This document shows, in pieces, positions 21,501 to 31,799 of a stretch of 32,013 nt of DNA; position 1 is the stretch's first letter, and every line of letters starts with the position of its first letter. The stretch is from Octopus sinensis. Lineage: Eukaryota. Below the pieces are notes generated by a model, which searched no databases, was not told the origin of the DNA, and saw only the letters and a program-made list of their open reading frames with translations. The stretch lies in NCBI RefSeq assembly GCF_006345805.1, contig NW_021832765.1:1-32013 (forward strand). Reading direction: 5' to 3'. Made by a program: the position numbers and the translations under genes.

Positions 21501-21936
21501 ACATCACAACTGATTAAATATATGCAGTTTGTTATCTGCTGGAATGAAGATAATATAGCGTTATTACTTTTATGCCTGTTCTTGGATTTCTTAAGCTGTC
21601 CACTCAAAGTTTAATCACATCCAGATCAGCGCAGTTTGAAGTTTCCGAATAATGCATTATAGATTTAGAATATATCAAAACAAGTCAATAATTGAACTTT
21701 AAGTTGTAAATAAAGTATATTTGTTGACTTATATGAGTTTAGTTCATGGATGGAGCACAGTGCTGGTTGAAAGTTTATAACAGAGGAAAAAAGAGTCGAG
21801 TTCTTAAATCACATTTCATAGTAAAGTATATAAATCGACTTACTAATGACTTATTCCTCGTCTAGTCTTACACAATTCCTAAATTGATCAGTCTAATAAA
21901 TTTTATACACGAGTATTAAAATAAATTTTATTAACT
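18575..21936 (+). repeat. Copy A of a local segmental duplication (copy B ~27990-31990)
   Basis: Colinear matches: 18578-18650 with 27991-28065, 20050-20224 with 28072-28106 plus 29963-30105, and 21652-21936 with 31800-31987. Confidence 0.8.
18750..20007 (+). mobile_element. pogo/Tigger-family DNA transposon, internally deleted
   Basis: 24-bp TIRs cagtcaaccctctctatagtgaac / gttcattatagagagggttgactg with TA on both sides. CENP-B-like HTH (RKRLSFFQKKELI..TQRDLSLYFNVS) and DDE remnants (LLDNA, FFPPNTTSRLQPLDQ). Confidence 0.93.
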
Positions 21937-22036
21937 ATATATTTCCACAAAAATGTGTTCTGGGGGGAGGAGAAGGTCAAACGGTTATTTTTCATACAAT
22001 GCGATTATTATTTACCTCAAAGTAAGAGTCAATCAA

Positions 22037-22500
22037 GGTCTTCGGAAGTGGAACGTCTTGAAAGCTCTGTTAAAGAAGAGTCCCTTCCCCCTGAAAGATT
22101 GTGTCAGCAAGGTCTACCAACAAGTGATTGCCCCGACGGTTGAGTATGCCTGCTCAGCCTGGAGGTTTGCAATTGCTTGTTCGAAAGCAGAACGCTTGAA
22201 CTCACTCAGAAGGAAGATTATGCTCCACACTGACACCTCAGTTGGCAGCCTTGCTTCCGAGGAGGCGACGCAGAAGTATGGACAGGGTTTCCTACGTTTC
22301 TGCAAGGAACTGGGAAACCCACTCAAGGAAAAGGTGGCCCATGCAGAGGAATTTCGGTCGGTTATAAAGAAATGCACTCCAATTGAGTTCCTCTGCAGAA
22401 GGAAGAGAAGGCGTTTCCGGATTACGGTCGGGTCATCAGAAGATCATGTAAGGAGAGTACGGCTGTTGTTGGAGGTAGGGATCACCTAATTAGTTAGTTC
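22037..22500 (+). mobile_element. 'GIT*' LINE 3' fragment (longest contiguous 3' ORF of the family here)
   Basis: Post-RT motif KVYQQVIAPTVEYACSAW leads to ..DHVRRVRLLLEVGIT* (stop 22487-22489), followed directly by ttagttagtt. Confidence 0.85.
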
Positions 22501-24174
22501 TGACCTATCTTTCTCGATGATCTTGGAGTTAATAAATAAATAAATGTGTTCTGTTAATATTGGCGAACTGTGGACTTTTTCGATTTACAGGTTGTGTTTA
22601 GAATATCCAACATACAATTTTCTGAATTTTTAACTTGTTCACATTTTTCTCCGGATAATATTTTTTATCGTTACGATTTCTGGTTTCATTTCGGCGATTA
22701 AGTAGCAAAAACTATAGGAGACTTGTTTTACTTGGCCACCATTTTTCTTTTACTTTGTGGGTGTTTTCTGACTTATGGAATTGTTTTGGACGATTTATTG
22801 TGGAAAAAAGTTTTTATATTTTTGCAAAAGTCGAAAATAAAGCAACTACATTTCGTTGGTGTGGAATATACATGAATTGTCAATACAATGCGATTATTAT
22901 TTACCTCAAAGTAAAAGTTAATCAACATTATATTATACAGTTAGTATTTAAGAATAAAGTCAAATCAAAGAAAATCCAATTTATTTTGTCGGACACTACG
23001 TTCTGTATCATCCGACCTATCTACGAAAGTTACTAAAAGAAAAAACAAAAAGAACGTAGACAATGTGGTTGGTGACCTGTCCAAGACTCAATAAATAATT
23101 AACACAAATCTTAAAGAACATCTTCTGACTCTCTAATGCCTGATTGACAAGGTTCATACTGTGGACCGCAGACGGTGGGTTACGGAGGTCGTTGACTCCG
23201 CAAGATCCAGATTCGGGAGGATTCCCCGCGGTGGGTGGTCTCTCATTACAAATGCTTTTAACTCCAAATTCGAGACAGCGAAATCTGTTGTCAATGTCAG
23301 GAGCCTGCTCTCTGTCAAATCGACTGAACCACTTTGTGGTCTACCTATGGAGGAGTCCCAGAAGGCTGAGATTTTTGGAATTGTTTTGAAGAGTTTTGTT
23401 CCCAAATTGGGAAAATACGTATAACGGGAAGGAACCTCCGTAACCCGACGAGAAAAATCCTAAGACAATTGCTTAAGAAGGAAATTATAAATGGGATCAA
23501 TGCCTCAATTAAAGAATATATTGATTCTGTGCACAATTTGAATATCAACGATATTACTGATATCATCTATGCAGGATAGTTCCTTACCAAGAAAATTAGA
23601 ACTAAAGTAATTGGGAAGAATCAATGAAGAGCAAACTCATTAAACTAAAACAGCAGCTTGAACAAATCAAAACTGCTAGTGAAATGAAAGAAAAGAAGCA
23701 ATTTGATGAAGAAACGCGTGATACTTTGTGCTCATATAGGTTTAAAAATCGAAGAGGGGAGAATTTGAAAGAATTACTTTCTTAATCCGAGATTGAATTA
23801 AAATTGTAGAGAAAAAATTGCGAATCTATGAATCAAGGAAGAGGTTCCGAAAAGCCAACTGGTCTTTTGAATTGAACAGGAGAAGGTTCTATAGAAACAT
23901 CAGTGGAGATAATAAGAGAAAGATAATTAATTTCAATGAGGAGGAATGCCTCCCTTTCTGGAGCAAAATTTGGGATCAACATGAATCCAAGAATAGCAAT
24001 TTTCTGGTCACCACAAGAGTGACTGGATCAGAGAATATTCGTGGAGAATTTACGGATGAAGCAATTGTTAATATTATCAAGATGCTTCCTAATTGGAAAG
24101 CATGCGGGTGTGACGGAGTCTACAATTTCTTTATCAAAAATTTTACCTCAATTCATGGACATCTTTGTAATGAG

Positions 24175-25716
24175 TAGGGCAATTTAAGTGCTAAAATGCT
24201 ATTTTTACTTTTTATATTTTTTTTAATATAAAATTGAATTTGGAATAATTATTTTTTAATTTTGTTAAAAAAACATACATTATAAATGCTATTTGTAATT
24301 TTAAATGATAATTTTTTTTAATCCTAATTTAATTTGCATTTAAAATTTTTTTAATGCCACCCATATTAAATAAAATAATTTAGCACAGTGATGCCAAAAC
24401 CCAAGTGTTCGTTGCTTAAGAAAGCCAAGCGTATAGTCTCAGAATTCAAAGATGAGTTTTGTATTGCTGACCATGGCCTTCTATTTTGTTCTTTTTGTTT
24501 ATCCAAAGTCAACTGTGCAAAAAAATTTTCTGTCGATTCTCATTGTTCTTCTTTAAAACATCAGAACAATATGCGTATAAATGTAATACAATTGTAGGTC
24601 ATTCATGTGATTCAGTTCAAACAAGATTAACTGAATCAATCAAAGTAGATTCGGTTAAAGAAACGATCACGGAAGCTTTTGTACAAGCAAACATCCCGCT
24701 ATACAAATTAAAAAATGATTCGATCAAAAAAATGTTTAAAACATTTAACATTAACACTCCGTCCGAATTTTCATGCAGAACTACGGTTAAATTTCTTGCA
24801 CAAAAAAGATAAATGAGTTGACAAAATTATTAACGTATTAAAGTTTATTTTTTAACTTTTAGAAACGAAAAGATTTTTATAATAATTGATGAAACAGATA
24901 TCCGAAGGATGCAAACCACTAGAAAATCATGCCAATGCTGCTATCATCTGCCAAATAATAGATGACGTCATTAGTGAAATGAAGATTATTCGTGCCAATT
25001 TTTATCTGTTAATCTCAGATGCCGCTCCTTATATGATTTCTGGTGATATAAAAGTATTTAAATAAATAGGCGGTAAAACTTTAATGGTCATGTATAACAA
25101 CATGCATCATGTGACTTGTGTTTCTCATTTGTTACACAATACGGTTTTACGTATAAAGTCTGCATATCCGGAAATAGATGGCTTAATTGCAAGCATTAAA
25201 GCTGCCACAGTAAAACAAGGATGTTGGATACCCACCTGATGTCGTAATTACTAGGTATACTTTTTTTTAATTTATGCAGATGGGGAAGTTGGTTTAAAGC
25301 AGCGAAATATTATTTCACGAATTTTGAAAAAATTTGTGAAATTGTTAACGCATTTCAGTCAGATGGAGTTTTAGTATCAAATGCTAAACATCATGTAAAT
25401 AATCCCGATATTATGTTGAAATTAACGGAGATAAAATTTAAATGTTATTTTTATTATTTTGGCGCCTGGGGATCATATCGAACACAGAGAGAGGATGCGT
25501 AGTCTGATTGGGAATGTCGGGATCACCTAATTAATCTTGTTTTCTGGCCTGACGGTGCTCTTGGTTTTTAAATAAATAAATTTTTACTATTTTAAGTCAT
25601 AGATTTTACAATTTTAAATGCTAGATTTGATCATTTTAAGTGCTAATTTTTTTAAATTATAAATGCTAGATTTAGCGCTAAAAATTTTTTTTAAGTGCTA
25701 GAAAAAAATTGCCCTA
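24175..25716 (+). mobile_element. CGGBP1-like hAT transposon with an intron-containing transposase, internally deleted
   Basis: TIRs tagggcaattt / aaattgcccta and perfect 8-bp TSD gtaatgag (24167-24174, 25717-25724). Motifs: zinc finger LFCSFC..SH..SLKH, IIIDET, LISDAAPYM, HVTCVSHLLH, VITRWGSWF. Confidence 0.95.
25461..25535 (+). mobile_element. 'GIT*' LINE 3' stub inside the hAT
   Basis: GDHIEHRERMRSLIGNVGIT* (stop 25528-25530); a GC-rich island within AT-rich hAT sequence. Confidence 0.75.
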
Positions 25717-28182
25717 GTAATGAGATTCGCAAGATTATAAATAGAGACCTTACCCCCAAATGATTGGTTTTATACGGGAATCACATATCTGATCACTAAG
25801 AAGGACGTATGTGATTCCCCCAAGGATTTGAGGCCAATCACATGTATGCCGAATTTATATAAGTTGACGACGAAATGTGTAAACATAAAGTTGTCAGAGT
25901 ATATTGATGCTTTTGGATTAATAAGTGACAATCAACTGGGCACAAGAAGAATGTGCCAAGGTGCAAAAGAACAAGCCATAATCAACCAGTGTATTAACCA
26001 AGAGAATGCCAATAAATTATGTTTTACATGGATTGATGTGAAGAAAGCATTTGACTCTATAGATCACGATTTCTTAGACCATTTGTTACAAAAGTCTGGA
26101 CTTCCTTATTGGATTGTCTGTTTTATTCAGAGTCTTATTAAGAAATGGAAAATACGATTGACTTTTGAAAATAAATCATTGGGTGAAGTAAAAATAAGAA
26201 GAGGAATTTTGCAAGGAGACTCTTTGTCGCCACAGATCTTTGTGTTGGTATTGAACTCTTTGAGTCGAATGTTAAATGGAAAATACCCGAAAGTAACAAT
26301 AGGGAATCGTAGACATGGTCAGCTTGTTTATGCAACAAATCACCTTCTATTTATGGATGATATTAAATTGATCTCCTATCAAAGTGATACAATGGAAAAA
26401 ATGCTGAAAGAAGTCGAATCATTCTTTGATGCAGCTGGATTTGAAAGAAATTTTGATAAATCTGCGACAAATGTGAGGTCTTTGTCTGATAAAGCCCGTC
26501 TGCTTGATGGACTAGACGGATACCGATACTTAGGAGTTCTTGAAGATAAGAACAGTAATGTCCTTAAAAAATAAATTATGGGGAAAATTTATGATGAGGC
26601 ATCTACTCGGATTAAGAATTTGACGAAAACGGAATTAAACTCTGTGAATTTATTCAAGGCTATAAACGAATTTTCACTCTCTCTATATAACTATTATATT
26701 GGATTGATTGATATCGAGCCAAGGGAATTTGAACAAATTGACAAAAATCTCCGCAGAATTCTTACGAAGAGCCATTTTCACATGAAAGAAAGCAAACAAA
26801 GAAAGACTCTATTTACCAAGAAATAAACTTGGAAAAGTCTTGAGTGTGTCAATAACAAATCTGAACGAATGCTATTCCAATTTTATCATGACTTGGAAAG
26901 AGGGAATTCTACGGGTCGTCAATTTAAAGAAAACTCATATGGCCACTATCGTAGAATTCATATCCGAAAGTACAATATCGAAAATATAAATGAACTGACA
27001 ATAACGAAATTGGTAGAAATTCAACATGAATATCTAATGAGGCAAATTGAAACTAAGCCACTGCATTCTATTCTTTTCCAGTGTTTGAAGGACACTGAAG
27101 TTAATGTTAATGAATCTGCAGAGTGGCTAGTTCATGGAAACAACTCTGCAAGAACTGAAGGAATGTGTTGTCTACTACAGGATCGAAATTTGTTTTTTGA
27201 TAACGGAGAAAATAAATGCAATTACTGCAACTCAGCAAAGAAGACCGTTGATCACCTTGCTACCAGATGTGGATGAATGCTAAACAGCTCTTATCTAAGA
27301 CGGCATAATTAAGTTGTCAAATGTCTACATTTGTATTGATGCCACCAATACGGGATAAGAAAAACGAAGAAATTAAAAACTCACTCAGTTCAATCTGTTG
27401 TCGCCAATGAAGTTGTGGAAATTCGAGTGGACACAACTATTTCTACGGATATGGCTGTTTCAAACAATAAACCAGATATTTTTGTCTATGACAAGATGAG
27501 GAATACAATTACACTCATTGAAGTTGGGATTGCCTCACAAAATTGCCTAAAGCAAGTTGAAGTGGAAAAGTTCCACAAATATGACCTTTTGGCAAATGAA
27601 TTAGGGGCGATTCATCGGGCTAAAGTAAAGATAATTCCTGTTGTACTTACTTGAGATGGAATTGTCTCAAGATTCTTCAAAAGTCATCTGGATTCTATCG
27701 CAGTGGAAGACAGAGTGAAGGCATATATCCAAACACTCGTTTTAAGAAAAACATTGGATAGTATGCAGGTGGAGACAAGACATGGAATATCGGTTCCAGA
27801 AGAGGAGAAAGCAGTGATTGGGTGTCAACCGAAGGATTCTTCTGAATCAGGAATACGTGTGGACGAGGACCTCTATGTACCGACTATGATAGTTGGGCAT
27901 AAGAGACGAAGATTGTTCTAAAAAGAATATGTAATAATAGGGAAGAACACAAATAATTTACTTCATTCTTTTGTTTAATAAAAAGTTAATTAGTCAACAT
28001 GTAAACCAGTTTTATAATTGTGAGTTCATTTTTTTGGATTTTTGACATCTGGAGTATTGATTCAGTTTCATACCTGTTTGTCTGTGATTAGTTGAGTATC
28101 TCATTAGTAGGGCAACCACAAAGTTGACCTAAAAAAAGCAAAAATTGACCTCCATAAAGTCAACAAAATTGAGTCATTAGGT

Positions 28183-29962
28183 CAGGGGTGGCCAACCTTT
28201 TCACCGGCGAGCTACTTTTCATTTTGCGATTTTTTGGAGATCGACTTATATATTTTAATATCAAAAATTTTATTTTACAATAAAAATTAATGCGATTTTT
28301 GGCATTGTAATTCACTTGCGATTATTTCAAATTCTGGCTCGTATAAGCTTATTGCTATTCTCATGCAATCCCCAAGATGGTCATCCGTTAAACGTGTCCT
28401 GTATTGAGATTTTATCATTTTCATACTTGAAAATGATGTTTCGGATGAATATGTGCTTCCAAAGCATGAAAGAATTCGTTGATACGAATCAATCAAAATT
28501 GGATATTTTTCCTGAGACATAAATTTCCACATGTTGACATTTGAATGTAATTTTAAAGTGATGTCATTTTTTAGATTTATAATTTCTATTTGACTTTTTC
28601 TTCGATCAACGTCAAAAATCTTGCTAAATTCTTCTGAAATATTTTCGATGTCTACATCCATGAACGGAGAAACAAAGAAACTGCATAATATAGTAATTTT
28701 CTTGAAATCGCTAAATCTGTTATTAAACTCGTTCATTATTTTTTCTAGTACCATAGCAAATTCATTGACATAATGATTTTTATTCACAAGTTGTTTTGTG
28801 AATTCATCTTCAATGTTAGGAAAATGGGTAAAATTTTCTTTTCTGATTTGAGATATCCATAATTCCAACTTCATTATGAAAGCATTTATTGAACTGATCA
28901 TATCGATAATATATCTATTCTTTCCCTGTAATTCTAAATTGAGTTCATTCAGTTTGCTGGTAATATCGGTTAAAAATTCAGTTTGCTTTCCGACAAAATG
29001 CAATAAATCCATTTTGATTCCCAATCATTGCAGGGGCTCCATCTGTTGTTATGGATACAAGTTTCTTCATTAACGGTAATAATTCGAATGATAACAAAAA
29101 CGTTTTGAAAGAATTATAAATATTTTCACCAGTTGTTCTTTCTTTCATAGGTATAATAGCAAATAACTCTTCCTTGACAGTTAGATCATGGAAGATTAAA
29201 CGGGAAAATACACATAGTTGGGCGATATCAATAGCATCGTTTGATTCGTCAAACTGTAGAGAAAAACACGAACATGCGTAAAGATCCTTTTTCAACTGTG
29301 AAAGAAGATTTTCAGAAATGCTTTCAGCCCTTCTGACAATTGACTGTTTTGAGAGCTGAAGCTCTTTGATGCAATTTGAAATTTCCTGTTTATTTTTCAT
29401 ACCATCAAATAGTGAATCGGCAGCTTCCAAAAAACAAGATTTTAAAATTTCCCCATCAGTGAAAGGTTTTTTGTGTTTTACGAGGAGACGAGTCACTCGC
29501 AATGATGCAATTGTTGCAGATCTGGACGAATTAATAAACTTTTTCAAAATTGTATGTTGTGAAAAAAAAGATTTTTTTAATTGTTCAACTTTCTCTTCCC
29601 GTAATAAGGAATTTATAGGAAAGTGTTTGTTGAACTCGGGATGTAAAGAATTAAAATGCCGACAAAGATTTCCCCTTTTTGGTAATGAAATGATTTTATT
29701 GCATAGCATACATGTGCATTTTTCCATGTGCATCGTAAAAATATAGTCTTTTTCCCATTTGGCATTAAATTTATATGATTTGGACTTTTTGTTACACCTC
29801 ATAACAAGACACGTGAAAAATACTTACTTTAATATTGATAAATATTTTTTTTATAATAATTTAAATACAAAAAAATAATTAGCAATTTATATATCGAGCG
29901 ATCGACCACGAAACATGCCGCGATCGACCAGTCGATCGCGATCGACCGGTTGGCCACCCCTG
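28183..29962 (-). mobile_element. Buster-type hAT (GTF2IRD2/EPM2AIP1-like transposase), internally deleted
   Basis: Perfect 15-bp TIRs caggggtggccaacc and perfect TSD cattaggt (28175-28182, 29963-29970). Motifs: BED-like finger, FSLQFDES, ITTDGAPAMIG, FGSTYSSETSFSSMK. The CxxH and RW segments are missing at the junction near 28985. Confidence 0.96.
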
Positions 29963-30105
29963 CATTAGGTAAAGGCTTGTTCTTTTTGATTTTATTTTTA
30001 ACTTTTTGAGTACGCAAAGACAATTGAGAAAGCTTAAAGAACATTTAAATAAAAAAGCTAATTATATTTACTCTAACTGGACAAGGTTTTTGAATGGAGA
30101 AAAGC

Positions 30106-31048
30106 TTCTCTTTGGCTCTGTTCTCCCACTATCAAAACACCCCACTGTTCTCGGACTAACCTTCGACCCAACGATGTCCTTCAACAAACATGTCTCGAAG
30201 ATCTCTGGCAAGGCTAACAGGCGTACAAATATCCTGAAAGCAATAAGTGGTCACATCACTGGTGCGCAGAAACCACTTCTCAAACGTGTGTATAAACAAT
30301 ACATTCGCCCTGTCCTAAGCTACGCGAGTCCGAGTTGGGCTCCCTGTCTATATGAGCTCCTCTTTGGCTCTCCAATCAATTCAAAACAAAGCCATGCGCA
30401 TCATATCCGGGTGCCTGAAATCAACACCCATCGACCATCTGCACTGTGAAACCAACCTCCTCCCGATAGAGGAACATCTCAACATGAGAGGAGCACAATT
30501 CCTATTCGCTTCGCGAAAATTCTACACCCTTGCACTGCCCTAAACACGCTAAATGACAACGGCCGTGCTTTGAAGAACACGCCTGCCAAACTATACTCCC
30601 AGGTACTTGCCAAAATCAATGGCCTAAACCAATGTTCACAGCCAATGAAAAAAATCCACGACTTCATTTCAACGTCGTCCATTCTAAGGCTGAAGCCTAA
30701 CTCTGTCCTCAACAAACTCCCTCCGGAAGTTCACCCCTCCGAATTGCTTCTGGAGCGTTCCGATCAGATCAACCTTGCTCGTTTCCGCTCGGGCCACCAC
30801 CACTCACTAAACTCCTACGCTCACTCATTGAACGCCGTGATCTCCCCGGTATGCAACCTCTGCTGTGCCGAAGATCACTCAACTGACCACCTTTTCCGCT
30901 GCCCTGTTCTCCTCCCTGTCCGCAGGAAATTTGCTGTCCACTCCCCCGAGGTCCTTTGGGAGCAACCCGCGAAGGCGCTGTTGTTTCTGCTAGCCGCCGG
31001 TCTCATACCCTAATGTGAGACCGGGGTTATGCAACAACAACAACAACA
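30106..31048 (+). mobile_element. 5'-truncated LINE (I/Jockey-group-like) with (CAA)n tail
   Basis: LGLTFDPTMSFNKHV, YKQYIRPVLSYASPSW, LARFRSGH and CCHC finger CNLC..HSTDHLFRCP; two frameshifts; (caa)5 tail at 31032-31048. The 5' junction is defined by the paralogous site near 20224. Confidence 0.9.
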
Positions 31049-31240
31049 TTTTATCCTTAACCCTAAACATTTTAACCCTAACCCTAAACATTTTCTCCTT
31101 AACCCTAAACATTTTAACGCTAACCCTGAACATTTTATCCTTAACCCTAAACATTTTAACCCTAAATATTTTCTCCTTAACGCTAAACATTTTAACCTTA
31201 ACCCTAAACAAAATTTTAACCCTAACACTAAAATCCTAAT
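31049..31240. repeat. ~21-bp minisatellite built on TAACCC (telomere-like) hexamers
   Basis: About 9 units alternating ttttatccttaaccctaaaca and ttttaaccctaaccctaaaca, with some 15-bp variants. Confidence 0.9.
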
Positions 31241-31799
31241 TTAAGTTAAAGTTATGTTCTCTTATTAGTAACAAAAAGGCACTCAACACATGATTTAATT
31301 ACATCGAAGATTTCAGAACGTTTGACGCAGTAAATTTTATTTCTTAATAGGCTTAACATCAGATCACGCCCAAAATGATTTTCATTATGTAATAGCTTTA
31401 AATTCAATATATTAGCTTACTTTGATAGTTTTTAGCTTAAGTTCTCTCTCTTCCGAACAAAAAAACGAAGATTTTTGTTATTCTTTACAAAATATGCCTT
31501 TTCGTCAACAAAATTAAAAAAATTTGCGATTTTTTAAGGCGATACTTTTCTCTTTTGTCCATATTGGAATCAATTAATATACTATTCTTAATATCACTGA
31601 TTATTTTCAATTCTTCTCTGGTTAAATCCACTAGAACCATTATGCACGCGTTAATTAATTAAATAAATATTAAGGTTTTTTATTAATTTTATATTTTTAT
31701 CTTTTTTTTTAGTGGAGAAATTTAAAACAAATATAATTTTATTATAATCTGAGCATGTCGGTCAAAAATAAAACCTGGTCCAAAATAAAACCGGTCACA
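31049..31799 (-). mobile_element. Ginger-like integrase element, 5' part
   Basis: Minus-strand terminus TGTGACCGG at 31799 with repeated ggtc(a/c)aaaataaaacc motifs. After a 25-nt intron (31396-31420) it reads LLHNENHFGRD..EIFDVIKSCVEC (integrase H2C2). The N-terminus resembles ORF 669-881. Confidence 0.7.

Larger units (their letters stand above)
23040..27985 (+). mobile_element. Near full-length, decayed R4/Dong-like RLE non-LTR retrotransposon interrupted by a hAT
   Basis: NWKACGCDGVYNFFIK; RPITCMPNLYK; WIDVKKAFDS; RGILQGDSLSP; NHLLFMDDIKL; zinc knuckle CNYC..TVDHLATRC; RLE KPDI..IEV..EK..KY. Several stops and frameshifts. The 5' boundary is approximate. Confidence 0.92.

Noticed and set aside
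21030-21650. Gene-like minus-strand sequence with intron-like segments
   Set aside because: Multiple stops persist under any splicing I tried, and no family is recognisable.
669-27660. Alternative genetic code suggested by in-frame TAA/TGA in several elements
   Set aside because: The stops occur in decayed TEs together with frameshifts. Host genes are stop-free after splicing and end in TAA or TGA.
28107-28174. Short tagggc-starting insert with gttgacc repeats
   Set aside because: Probably a hAT terminal scrap, but there is no partner TIR, so it cannot be supported as an element.
30006-30449. Host-LINE fusion ORF
   Set aside because: In-frame junction of duplicated host sequence with a 5'-truncated, frameshifted LINE. 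It has no ATG start or other support.
31049-31240. CRISPR array or true telomere
   Set aside because: There are no unique spacers and the context is eukaryotic. The repeat is degenerate, short and internal.
30990-31244. Four overlapping repetitive ORFs (MFRVK.., NPKHF..)
   Set aside because: They are translations of the 21-bp minisatellite, with no evidence of coding function.
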